Part shown: in pieces, positions 42,751-55,514 of the stretch
Layout: each line of letters starts with the position of its first letter
How positions within the stretch are numbered: the first letter of the stretch is position 1
Source of the DNA: Octopus vulgaris
Lineage: Eukaryota
Direction: 5' to 3'
Length of the DNA stretch: 64,000 nucleotides
Assembly: GCA_951406725.2 (NCBI GenBank)
Contig: OX597816.1
Span: 105,028,001-105,092,000, forward strand
Made by a program: the position numbers and the translations under genes
Notes under the pieces: model-generated
Told to the model about the DNA's origin: nothing
The model's database searches: none
Seen by the model: the letters and a program-made list of their open reading frames with translations, nothing else

Positions 42751-42792
<42 letters not shown>

Positions 42793-42870
42793 AATATATA
42801 CACGTGTATGTATACATATATATACACGTATATGTAAACATATATATACACGTATATGTACACATATATA

Positions 42871-42923
<53 letters not shown>

Positions 42924-44014
42924 ATGTAAATGCAAATGTATATGTTTTTAAGTCACTTAAAACATATTTACACTTGTTATTGCTGAAAAATTAGGTTTTC
43001 GAATATAACATACCCAGAGAGATCAGTGAAGCAACGTTATGGAAGAAATATGCACCTAAAACTATTTGCCTACTTCTTTAAAGAATATGTCAATGTTTCA
43101 TGTAAACACTACAAAACTCAGTTATTTCATGAAATATTCAATTTTATGTAATTTAGATAGTCACAAGAACAAATTCAATTTCGCTTAAAGTACTACAGAT
43201 ATTCCGAGGGAAATGTGTGCGCAAACTACTTACCTTAGCATTAAAGTGAATTAATTGCGAAGAATTAATAATTTCAGAATATTTGCTATCCAATTGGAGT
43301 GAGAAAACCTAAACATTAAAAAATGGAAAATTTTGGCAAATTTAATATGGACAACAGACCAATCTATGAATATAGGTATATATCAATATGAAATTTTCAG
43401 CTTTTATTCAAGTTCCACTCTCCTGTGTATGTAAGTATAATATTTAATTCTCTGAGTTTTATATTCAACTTAGTTATTTGTCTATAGAATACTACACTGC
43501 TCATCTATCTCTCACAACATTGAATGAATGGATATGTGTGTGTGTGTGTGTGTGTGTGTACTATTATGCATATTGAATTTATGCACATATACATATTTTA
43601 TTACAAATACACCAAACATTAATAGATCAATGAGATGCAACTTTTGTATAGCCGAATAAACTCATGTCTTTTAAAAAGAATTCGCCCAATCTACCGAATT
43701 CTAAAATTTCCACAAAATGCAAGCATCATGATGAGGTTCTATTATCGAACTGGAGAACACCACCCCTTTCAGATTCAGTCACACAAACTTTAACCCTTTT
43801 CCTCTCGAATTAATGCGATTCTTATCTCCCTTCCCTCATTTTCTCGTTTTTTTTTTTACACTTTCCTCTCACGTTCCGTCATGCTTTTTCTCAGACAGAA
43901 GTTATGTTTATTTTGAGCCAGCACGCTATACTCCTCCAACTATCAGAGCATGAAACTCATAGTAGCTCACATTTATATGTTTATTAAATGATACATGTAT
44001 GTGTGTGTATGTGC

Positions 44015-44057
<43 letters not shown>

Positions 44058-45039
44058 GGGGTGTAAAGAATACAGGGAATCTCACTAGAAATAAAATTTA
44101 ATGTCTATCAATCTGTAATCCTTTTTTCTCTTCTGTTCAGATCGGAACATTGGGTACCCTATCGATTAGCCTGATATTTTCATAACCAGTGTTTTCAGGC
44201 CAGTTTCGGACACACCCTCAACGGCAGGGTTTCTAGTATGGACCTATTCTTAATAGTAAAATGTTGTGGTATTGAATCCTTTTATTTTTTCATTTTTTGC
44301 AATCACAAATTGCATTGGTCATGTTATGACAATGAATGACAACTGAATCCGAGAAACCTTCATATATAGCCAGCTCCCGATACAAGGAGAAGCATAGGAA
44401 GTCCATGGCTGAAGTACATGAACAAACACAAAATTAAACTGAAAGTGACAAAGATTCCCTCAGTAAATGATAAACCTGCACTGGAAAACAGTTAAAGGAA
44501 GTTAACTTTCTATAAAGCCATAAAAATTTTTGAATTATGCCGTTTGGGTCATACTAAAAAATTGAAAGTAAAGGCAGCGTCATGATCTAACATGGCAGTT
44601 GCTTTGTATAGTAATCTTCTCTCTTATGTCCAAACTGTGGGCTTGTCTGTAAATCGTTGGCTGGATTAAAGTCGTATAAAAGACATTTACATCAGAATAA
44701 AAAAAAAACGAAAAGACAAACTCATCAACTTATGAGAATCCATTATATATATTTGAATAATGGCAGACACAACGTTTGAAACCTGTATGGGATGTTATGA
44801 TATTTTTTCCGTCGATTGTTGTTAGATAAATACAATACTGTACGACGATACTGCAAAAACTAACATCTCTGTTGATAGGCTGCTAGTATATAAACTGAGC
44901 TACTTAGGTTAGTGTTTTTTTTTTAAATTTTAGTGGTCAAAGTTGTGGTATCGCTTTGGTGTAGTGATTATCACATGTATACAGCGGACCAGGCGTTCGA
45001 ATACCACAGGTGATATTGCGACATTTTTCTGTCTTAGTC

Positions 45040-45325
45040 ATGGTTGTGTGGTTAAGGAGTTGACTTGTATGACTATATCGTTTCGGATTCAGTCCCACTG
45101 CACAGTACCTTTGGCAATCATTGCCTTGTAAACGAATTTGGTAGACTGAAGAAAGTGTGTGGAAGCCCGTCGTATACGTATTGTCTTTTTGTCACCCCAA
45201 CACGATGAAAACCGGTGTTGGTTTGTTTCTATTCCCGTAAGTCAGCAGTTTGGCAAAAGACGCCAATAGAATAAGTACCAAACTTAAAAGTAAGTACTGT
45301 CCTTGATATTTTCGATTAAAACCCA
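45040..45325 (+). mobile_element. SINE family B, diverged
   Basis: catggttgtgtggttaag...cagtcccactgc...gaagcccgtcgta...aataagtacca. Confidence 0.7.
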
Positions 45326-46192
45326 AGAATTTCGTTAATAACCACTTCTCAAACTGATGTAAAAGCGGAAAATCTGTTTCTCAAGATGTGAACACAAATA
45401 ATGTTTCCCATTTCGCTTCTTTGTTCTACTAAATATATAATACATATAAAGAAGTAGACGAGAGACAGAGAAATATATACCTATGTGTACACTATTTCAA
45501 ATTTATGTATATACATGTTTTTGTGTACATATATACATATACACACACACACACACATACAATTATATATATTTAAATATATATATATCATATTATTATT
45601 ATCATATATACATACATACATACATTCATACATACATACACACACATGTGTGTGTGCATGCGTGTGTATGCTTGTGGTCTTTGTGTTTGTGTGTATATGT
45701 GTGTGCGTGTATGTGGATGTCTATAATGATTAATTAGCCTCGTAAGAAAAACTGTTAATTACAAAACCCAATTACTGTAATAGGCTCCAAGTTACTATAA
45801 TTGATTACTGTAATAAATTCAGAAGAAATCATTATATCGCACTGCCCACTAACTACAAATGAATAATATTTATGAATTTTACATGATATCAATTAATAAT
45901 AACAATCTATTTATTCTATGTGAGAATATATTTCTACTCTTGCTAGAAAATAATTTAAAGGTTATAAACCATAGAGAGATCATGGAAGTCTAGTAATATA
46001 TTCTTATGTAAAGATTAATGAATTCTTGTGTTCTAAGGAGTGTTATGTAATTTATTAACGAAATCACATATAGAAATACAAATATTAAACACTTACAAAG
46101 CTGTCTTTTCTAGCCTCAGATGTTAAATGTATCCACTAAGTGTTAAATACCCATGTATCATGAATTTAACGTGAAATATAGTGTTGCAAACA

Positions 46193-46257
<65 letters not shown>

Positions 46258-46459
46258 ATATATTCATTCACACCCATACAAACATTAAATTATTCATATG
46301 TTAATAATGCTCTGTTTCATTGCTATGATATTATTTAGAACATTCCAACAAATTATTAGCCAACATGATGTTACCACGAATGTAAACATTACTTCCAATT
46401 ACACAATATGCTAGCGGGGCGAGAAAAGAACGAATAATTGTATATTCTACAAATTAACA

Positions 46460-46860
46460 GGCACAGGTGTGGTTGTGTGGTAAGAAGTTTGCTTGCCAAC
46501 CACATGGCTCCGCGTTCAGTCCCACTGCATAGCAGGTCGAGTAATTGTTTTGTACTATACCCACAGGCCGACCAAAACCTTGTGAGTGGATTTTTGTGGG
46601 CGGAAACTGAAAGACGCTCGTCGTGTGTGTGTGTGTGTGTGTGTGTGCTTGCTTATGTTCGGACTTTTCCCCACCAGCACTACTTGACAACTTTTTTCCC
46701 GTCCCTGTAACTTAGTTATTCGACAAAGAGAGAACTATAGAATAAATACCAGGCTTAAAATCATAAGCACTGAGCTCGATTTGTTCGACTCAGGCTCTCA
46801 AGGTTGTGCCGCAGCAGGGCTATTCACCGACGACTGAAACATGTATAAAAGATGAAAGAT
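46460..46860 (+). mobile_element. SINE family B
   Basis: Head, internal (TG)n and tail all present. Confidence 0.85.
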
Positions 46861-47173
46861 ATTTCAATTCTATTTAGAATTTCCTCAGCAGCCTTGCACT
46901 TTCCATCAGCGTTCCTATATAATTAATGAAGGTGCACAGTAACTGAGGAGACCGCAGTGTGCTGGATATACAGCTGTTTATTTTTCAGTTCGCTAGCATA
47001 TTGGGCACATAGAGGTCATGTTTGCAGTCGTTGTAATGAAACGAAACAGTGTTAGCACATCAATAATGAAACGAAACAGTGTTAGCATACCGATAATTTA
47101 ATGTACGTATCGATATGCATTTATGCATATAAATAGACAGGAACGAACAAATAATATGAAACGTCTGCTATAC

Positions 47174-47545
47174 CCTGCGTATCAACTGTGATCATTCTGG
47201 TTTATCCTGTGTATCAACTGTGATCATTCTGGTTTATCCTGCGTATCAACTGTGATCATTCTGGTTTATCCTGCGTATCAACTGTGATCATTCTGGTTTA
47301 TCCTGCGTATCAACTGTGATCATTCTGGTTTATCCTGATCATTCTGGTATCAACTGTGATCATTCTGGTTTATCCTGTGTATCAACTGTGATCATTCTGG
47401 TTTATCCTGCGTATCAACTGTGATCATTCTGGTTTATCCTGTTTATCCGTATCAACTGTGATCATTCTGGTTTATCCTGCTTATCAACTGTGATCATTCT
47501 GGTTTATCCTGCGTATCAACTGTGATTATTCTGGCTTTATCGTAT
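47174..47545. repeat. 32-bp minisatellite (cctgcgtatcaactgtgatcattctggtttat), about 11-12 units
   Basis: Near-identical adjacent units with no spacers. Confidence 0.95.
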
Positions 47546-47569
47546 CATCCGATAATTTTGAAGTTCTCT

Positions 47570-48508
47570 GTACCTTGAGAATCTCAGTAGCAATAAAGAC
47601 ATAAGCGCCGACGAAGTGAACAATATTTTAACATCAGCCATCACAAAAGCCGCAGAGGAAACAATTGGAAAATGCAAATCAAATAGTAAAAATCACAGTG
47701 GGATTCAGAAGCCATATTGAAACTGATAGATAATCACAATAAGCTGAAGATGAAATACCTCAAACAGAATGAATCTCATAGAGACGCCATCACTGCCGAT
47801 CATTTAGTCAATGAATCAAGACAGAGAATGACGCATAGTAAGCACCTGCAAGAAAATTGAATCCTTTAATATAACCCGCCTACACCAAGAAGCTTACAGA
47901 GCGGTGAAGATGCTGAAGAAAGGAAACCGACAGCATGGTATGCTACAAGTTTGTGATGAGTGCGGAAATCCCTTCAATTGCGAGAGGCTTGAAGCATAGA
48001 ACAAATACTTAGCAAAGTTGTTATCGTGTAAGGGAGCGCAATCCTAAGAGTTATCACATTGCGACTTAGAATACAACAATGCACACGGAGTGGTCATCGA
48101 AAATTTCGAGACGTTTGGACTGCTTGTGATTCTCAAGGAGACATGAAAGGACAAAACAGCTGATAACTCAGTCTAGTAAACGAATCGCTCAAATATAAAG
48201 AAGCACCTCAAGCAGTATTCATTCACATGTGCAACAAGGGTTTTTTAACATGTGTGCCGCCTAGTGAATGGAGGGCATCAGTCGTAGTAACACTACCAAA
48301 GAAAGGTGATCTGCGACAGATGTCCAACTATCGAAGAATAAGTTTCATGATTCATGGTGCAAGGCTCTTTAATAGGCTTCTGTTAAATTGCAAACGTGCA
48401 AAGATAGATAAAGATATAAGTGCCTACCAGAGTGGCTTTAGAAGGAACCGTAGTTGCATTGAACAAATTCACACGTTGAAGAGCGTACTGGAGACCTGCT
48501 TTGAGTAG
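47570..48508 (+). pseudogene. LINE (RTE-like) ORF2 relic
   Basis: VPPSEWRASVVVTLPKKGDL..MSNYRRISF...QSGFRRNRSCIEQIHTL, the RT N-terminal motifs. Confidence 0.9.
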
Positions 48509-48605
48509 TATTTCCTTATAGTTGAGCTGTTCGTACGTGTGCGTGTGTGTGTGTGCGTGTACTTGTGGGGGAGGGGGTAAATATATAAGCATATGTGTAT
48601 GTATG

Positions 48606-49745
48606 TACACAGTTAAAAGTGAATGTTGTATATTTACCCCATTGTAAATAATGAAATGAGTGCAGAATAAGCTTTGGACAAAGTGTATTTATTCGAAAGT
48701 GTTATTGAAAGTTTAATAACGTAGTCGAATTGCTTAACAGGAGGAAATTTGAATCAGATTACCATCACTCGAATTAGAGATGCGTTTGAAGCAAATGGAA
48801 CTGTTCGATATGTCTACAAGAAACGTTTCAGAAAACCGATGGCATCGATGGACCTCCAAAAGGAAGAAACGGTATTGGAATCGTGTTGACAGAATTCAAG
48901 AAAATCTCTGCAGCAAACGAGTTGTGAGATCAAAATTTCAAGATCAGGTGTCCGTTGTAATTTTAAGCTGTCATTGTAAAAGCTATATTCCCAGAATAAT
49001 CCATGCTCCGAAGAAAGATGAACCGGACCGAAGAGTAACGTTTTGCGAGAGGTGCTTGGCAACATGAGTAGAAGATACACATTTTCGAACAAGGATTGCT
49101 TGGAGTGATTATATTACGTTCGCATTTAAAAGTTCAAATAACTGCAGCAATTGCACCAACTGAGAATTTATATGTTACGGAGGAAGATCACGTTCATTTC
49201 CCAAGAGTTACAGTACAGTGCGGCTTATTATCAAAAGATTTAACTGGGTTATTCCTGACGTTACTCTGCTTGGTCTCATTTACTTGAAATTGCTGAGACA
49301 ATCTTTCATACCAAGTATGCAAGAGGACTTTGAAGGTGTGGAGTTTATTTCCTCCAAAATGGGACGTTCCCACAATACCATAAGGGCCAACGTCGATGAG
49401 ATTTTGCCAAAAAGAGCTGCATTGAGGAATAGGTTCACTAGAATACCCTCCGTGTTCACAGGACCTCACAGCACTAATATTATTTACATAGGAAAGCCAA
49501 AAAGTTTAATTTTCTCGAATAAAACTAACAACAGTCAACGACGTGAGGCAGCCATTCAACGAGAATGCGCACAAATATCGAAAGAAATATCTCCTTATGT
49601 TTGCGATTCCAATGTTTTGGGTTACCATTAGAGCCTAAACCAGAACGATCATTAGTTTAACAACAGGTAGTCGTAGAAAATTTAATAATGCCAGTAGATT
49701 CTACTAAATTTTGAAAATATATTCAGTTTTGTATATCCTATGTAT

Positions 49746-49748
<3 letters not shown>
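48606..49748 (+). pseudogene. Tc1/mariner-superfamily transposase relic
   Basis: RIRDAFEANGTV, IAWSD, PRVTVQCGL, YLKLLRQSFIP and a QDGAPPH-like motif across frameshifts. Confidence 0.7.
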
Positions 49749-49787
<39 letters not shown>

Positions 49788-49812
49788 TTAGAGACAAAAC
49801 CACTATTATGCA

Positions 49813-49886
<74 letters not shown>

Positions 49887-49956
49887 TTATGTATTTATGT
49901 ATGTATGTATGTAATTATCTGTCTATCTATATGATGCACGTACAAGTAAAGACACT

Positions 49957-50030
<74 letters not shown>

Positions 50031-50246
50031 TGTGTGTCTTTGCTTGTACGTGCATTATATAGATACATACATACATACAAACATATGGGGTGTACAGGTT
50101 TTCGTGTAGGTTGTAAATACATGCATACACTTAATTAACATGCATTATCACTGCTGTATAATTACACTATGCAGTTACATCGCAGAACGAGCCGAAAATT
50201 ACACAATCAACTACACCTGGACATTACAGTTTCATCAAGACTTCAG

Positions 50247-50278
<32 letters not shown>

Positions 50279-50526
50279 GAGAGAGAGAGAGAAAGAGTGG
50301 TAGAGTGACTTGCAACTACTTATGAAAATGCACAGATTCCACTCATTTGCATATCAGTAAAATCATTTGGCGACGCATATTAATTGGTCAGAGAGAGACT
50401 TGTGGTTTAACAACAGGGTATACTTGCACAACATGGCTGAATGCAATATATGCATATAAATATACTTACAAAGTATAGAAACGTTCATGTAGCACACAGA
50501 CACACACGATAGTGTGTGTATGTGCA

Positions 50527-50578
<52 letters not shown>

Positions 50579-50971
50579 TACTTATGTGCATCAATCAACA
50601 TAAATATCTATAAATATATTAGTATTTATGAGTGTACAGTTGAGTATGTCTGCATGTACACGCTTGCTAGTGAATTTCCAAACATTGATTAAAATGCACA
50701 CACATTAACATATAATCATTCATATAAGTACGACTATGTGTGATTTGTTTAACGATAGACTTTTGCCCTCTGCAAATCAAACGTAAAAGAGACGATAACA
50801 TACATGAGTCCATTTCTTACTCAATATTTTACATCTTTGACTGTTCAAACACTGTTTAATAAAGCCAAAATATATTTGCTTGCTGTGTGTGTATGTGTCT
50901 ACATATATAGGTGTGTGTATGTGTTTGTTTGTGTGTGTGTGTGTGCGTGTGTGGTCACAGACTGCGAGAAG

Positions 50972-52110
50972 TATTTGAGGACATATTTCATGCTAAAACA
51001 ATCCTAATCTAACAAAACCGAATGTATTTTAATAAAAATTTGTGAACATGTTCACCATAAGGTTTCTTATAAGATTATCCTATAAATCCACCTTCAGCTT
51101 AGATAGTTGCTTCAGTGCAGGACCGGAATCATTGACATACCTGCATTAAATTGAACAGGTAATGTCCTTTTGGACATTACCTGTTCAATGTTGACTTTCG
51201 GTGACACTATGCTGTCGTGAGGATATCAATTTGTCTCCTTTTCAACAAGGCGCCGAAAGTAATTATGCACGGAGTGAAATCTGTCAAGTTTGGCAGCCAT
51301 ACATTTGGTGTTATATGATCCTAAAGAGTGTCTGACATCCATTGTTGGCTTACATAAGTTTTGTAAGAAAAAGCTGAGTCTTGTTGAATCATATATGGAT
51401 TCCTACTGCGTACTTCATCCATCCAGCGCTTAACAGCTGACCTCAACGCTCATAGCAGCACTAATTCTAAGACCCTGTGGGAAGATGTAAGGTGGTTTGA
51501 GATGACCTTCGTTACTCACAACTCCTAAAACCATCATAGTTGCTGGATCCTTCGAGTACATAACTCTGGTAACATCAGAGGATCTGCACAGAACCATCTG
51601 ACATTTCTCCTAATAGACATCTGGAATTAGTTTCTGTTCATCAGGAAATAACCAAAATATGCCAAATTCGTAAGGGTTTTCACCCTGTTAAGTAACAGCG
51701 GACCAAACAGTCTTCTTGTGTCTTTACAGACATGAATTGGATTCTCCTCAGTACATACAATATGTATCGTGTGTTCTCGTGCACCACAGTTTTATATTCC
51801 ACTCCGACATTCGAAGATTTTGGCGATGGCCGTTATGAATTTCCCGGCACCGTCATCGACAATGTTTTGAACCCGTTGGATGATTTGCGGTGTCATTATA
51901 GTATCCAAACATTTAGAATAAATTATTTTCTTCTCTACAGTAGAAACATTACTGCCAGTATCTCACAATTCCATTCGAACGGTATTGCAACGCGAAAGAT
52001 ATTGCTGCAGTTCGGAAGTTGCCAATTTTTAAGTCTCTGTTTTCGTACGTATGGAAGCAATGATACCATGTCATTTCAATTCATATCTGCCAGAAGGAAA
52101 CCTTTTAAAA
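50972..52110 (-). pseudogene. maT/DD37D-like transposase relic
   Basis: Minus strand MVLGVVSNEGHLKPPYIFPQGLRI, preceded by a FxDE-type motif (FPDEQK). Confidence 0.7.
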
Positions 52111-52577
52111 TATGAAGAAGAAAAAGCATTTTAATTGGCTTGAAGAGGGCAATATATTGATAATGAAGCTTCTTAAGTACACCTCACACACTGTATACGC
52201 ACACACACACACACACACCCCACACACACAAACACACACACACACACACACATATATAGTCTACAGATGAGATCCAGAAATTCTCCGTATAGACAACATT
52301 TAGTAGTGCTCAAAACATGAAAACTTAGACTCTGATGTGTTTGCAGGGGATCGAGTTTACAAGGTAAAGAAAGTCTATAAGAGGGAACAAGTTGAGCAGG
52401 TTTAGAGGCAATTATGCGGATAAACAAATTAGATGCATAAAATATATTATATATATTGAATATAATAGTTTAGGTGTGAAATACAAAATATGTATATATG
52501 TATACAAGCAAAACGGGAGAAAGCAAAATGTGGAGACTTTCAGATGATTAATTTTTAGGTGTATATATATATATATA

Positions 52578-52826
52578 TATTAATAGGTTCAACTTACAAA
52601 TAGTACAAACGACAAAGAAAATTAAAGGGGTGAAAGATAAGTATCATAAGTCCGAAAGCTATTTCTGGGGACTCATAGATCCATGATGATGTTGGTAGAA
52701 GTAGTTCATCACAATGTGCAGCCGTATGAATGCAATAAACATTGGATAAGATGAGCTTCCGTCATCAGGGTAGAGAAGATCTCACATTTCAGATGCAGAA
52801 GTTCAAAGATGAAACTTTGAACTTCT
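52578..52826 (-). mobile_element. Short PLE-like fragment with decayed hammerhead and terminal hairpin
   Basis: Minus strand CUGAUGA (52768-52762) ... GAAA UAGCU UUC gga (52665-52651); perfect 12-bp hairpin at 52797-52826; TA-rich flanks. Confidence 0.4.
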
Positions 52827-53049
52827 ATATATGTATGTATGAATATGTATATATATGTGTTAGTGTGTATGTGTGTGTGTGTGGAGTGTTTATGTGTGTG
52901 TCTGTGTGTGTGTATAGAAAACACACACACGTTTGTATTAGTCCAGTGGCTCCTCTAATATGTGGCATTTGGTGAATAAGGGAGTTTGATGTCGCTACCC
53001 TCATTTTCACCTCTAACCGCAGGTAGATTCATCTGGGACTCTCGACCGG

Positions 53050-53690
53050 AAGAGGTCCAGTTTTCATTTGAAAACACCTACGTCCACTTTGTGTAGGTCC
53101 CTCAGGCTCTTTGGGAAAATATTAAAAAGTTGTGAGCCCCTGAAACACAGGCTGTTGTAGTAACTGGTCCTGAAGGGTGATAGCATTGCTGAGATCTTTC
53201 GCACTGTGCAGTGTCGACTCGTTCTGACATTGATGTAGCTTTCAATGCCAAAATTTGGCACAATTCCTGCAACAAGACGATCTTCTTTGTGAAGCTTCGC
53301 TGGGTTGCTTAAAGATCCGCTGTTAATTTTACACTCTTGGGTGACCATAGCTGGTAGCAGTAATCCAAGCGGCTAAGGACGAATGTCCTCGAGAGGTTTC
53401 CTTCTCTCTGGTTCTGAACGATCTCAGGATCCATCAAACCAATCGTCTACACTTTGTGGCCATCTTGGTAACGTGCACTTGGAAAGAGGTATCAACACTC
53501 ATGTCGGTACCTAGGTCCGTCACTGATTTAGGCTCTGGGGTTGTAATCCACTTTTTGGACGCTGGTAGTGCAGGACTTCGAAGTTTTTAGCATTAAACTA
53601 CATATTATTGTCCTCATCCCATCTTTAAATTGGGTCCAACTCCTGCTGCGGGTATGCAACATCGCTGGGGTTCTGTATTTTCTGCGAGAC
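53050..53690 (-). pseudogene. CR1/L2-like LINE ORF2 3' fragment plus adjacent LINE-like DNA
   Basis: GIVPNFGI...RHC...NSLCFRGSQLFNIFPKSLRDL...VFK (53064-53270). Confidence 0.7.
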
Positions 53691-53794
53691 TTTCGTATGT
53701 GTGTATATAAAAGTAAAAAGTAAAAGAGTCAAAAGCAAGAGTAAGAACGGTTAGGCAGCCTTTTAATAATCACTACAAATCACTCAACTATATA

Positions 53795-53879
<85 letters not shown>

Positions 53880-54002
53880 ATGCATATATATGTATGTATG
53901 TATATGTATATATATGTATGTATATGCACATGTATGTATATGCACATGTATGTATGTATATGCATATATATATGTATGTATATATATATATATATATATA
54001 CA

Positions 54003-54122
54003 TATCACGTGATCACGTAACCGACCAGACCATCAGATGTTGTTACACATCGCTGGTCACAATGCGTTCGCATTGCTTTAGCCTTCGAATGACGCCACCC
54101 CGCTGGCTAAGCGAGCAGGCCA
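54003..54122 (-). mobile_element. SINE/LINE 3' tail fragment in microsatellite
   Basis: GC-rich island between (TA)n tracts ending (on the minus strand) in short tandem atcacgtg repeats, typical of a retroposon tail. Confidence 0.5.
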
Positions 54123-54426
54123 TATATACATATATGTGTATTTATATATATGTAAATATTTATATATATAATAATATATATATATATATATTCATTTTTA
54201 GCGACGGAAAGAGTATTAGTACCGAGCAGCAATCTGTATATTCTATTCACTGTAGATATACGTAGGAATTCCACATACTGCGGTATACATCTTGAGATAG
54301 CAGCTAGTGCAGGGTAACAATAGCAGACTTTACAGGATATTTATCTTCTACGGGTGATACTTCTGTGTTTTTTTTAGCACTATACGTTTACATAGAAAAT
54401 GTAAACAATGCTGTGTGAGTGGACAT

Positions 54427-54457
<31 letters not shown>

Positions 54458-54664
54458 GTGTGTGTGTGTGTGTGTGTGCATGTGTGCATGCGTGCGTGAG
54501 TATTATGTTATTGCATATGTAAATGTTCGAATTATGGATTTGAGACTTTAGCACAACACAGAGACACACACTCGCACATATAAATACGTGCACGCGAACA
54601 TATATATATAATTGTTTCTACTATAAGCATAAGGCCTGAATATATATATATATATATATATATA

Positions 54665-55063
54665 TAGCAATAATCTCTAAAGAGATATAGACATATATAT
54701 ACTATCTATATGGCTAGGACAGGCAGGGTGGTGGGTGTTACTGTTGCATTTATCGACGTCACCAAGCTGACACCGTCACGTGTCCTTATCCTCAAGGAGT
54801 CCCGATATATGACGATTCTCCTTGGGATATTCAAATAGATATGATTTCGAAAATCTTTCGAAAGAAATTTCTAAAGAATATAGACAGTAACTGCTCGATA
54901 CATAAGGGACTCATCTGAATAGGCTAGACAGGCAGGGTGTGGGGTGTTACGTATTTAGCAGGCGAACATATCCCAAAGGAGGTAATTCCCCGATGAAGCG
55001 GAAACCACCACGGACCATGGTTTCAAGGTGATGTTCGCTGGGCTATGCAGTAACACCCCCACC

Positions 55064-55066
<3 letters not shown>
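54665..55066 (-). mobile_element. Degraded second copy of the 18-kb element family
   Basis: Shares ggctaggacagg...ggtgttactg, atcgacgtcacc, gacaccgtcacgtgtcctt, acagtaactgctc and catctgaat with 18059-18646; same partial tandem plus inverted end (gcagtaacacccccaccc); (TA)n flanks. Confidence 0.7.
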
Positions 55067-55101
<35 letters not shown>

Positions 55102-55111
55102 CGTTTGTATG

Positions 55112-55151
<40 letters not shown>

Positions 55152-55237
55152 GTATGTATGTATGTATGTATGTATGTATGTATGTATGTATGTATGTATG
55201 TATGTATGTATGTATGTATGTATATGTGTGTGTAATA

Positions 55238-55353
55238 AGGCGGTTACCACGCCGCGCGAAATGTTTAACGTTATTTCGTCTCCGCAACAATCTGAGTTCA
55301 AATTCCGCCGAAGTCGACTTTACTTTTCATGCCTTGTGCCTATAGTAGAAAGG
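55238..55353 (+). mobile_element. SINE family A, internally deleted
   Basis: ctgagttcaaattccgccgaagtcgactt joined directly to the gccttgtgcctatagtagaaag tail. Confidence 0.7.
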
Positions 55354-55425
55354 ATTATTTATATATATAATACATGTATCGAGCATATACTAAATATGCA
55401 TATTATTTACCCCACCCTCTCTCTA

Positions 55426-55514
<89 letters not shown>

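Noticed and set aside
44056-44260. (TA)n-adjacent insert with GAAACTGGCC on the minus strand
   Set aside because: No CUGANGA or convincing stems; too degenerate to call.
47174-47545. CRISPR-like 32-bp repeat array
   Set aside because: Units are contiguous with no unique spacers, there are no cas genes, and the context is eukaryotic.
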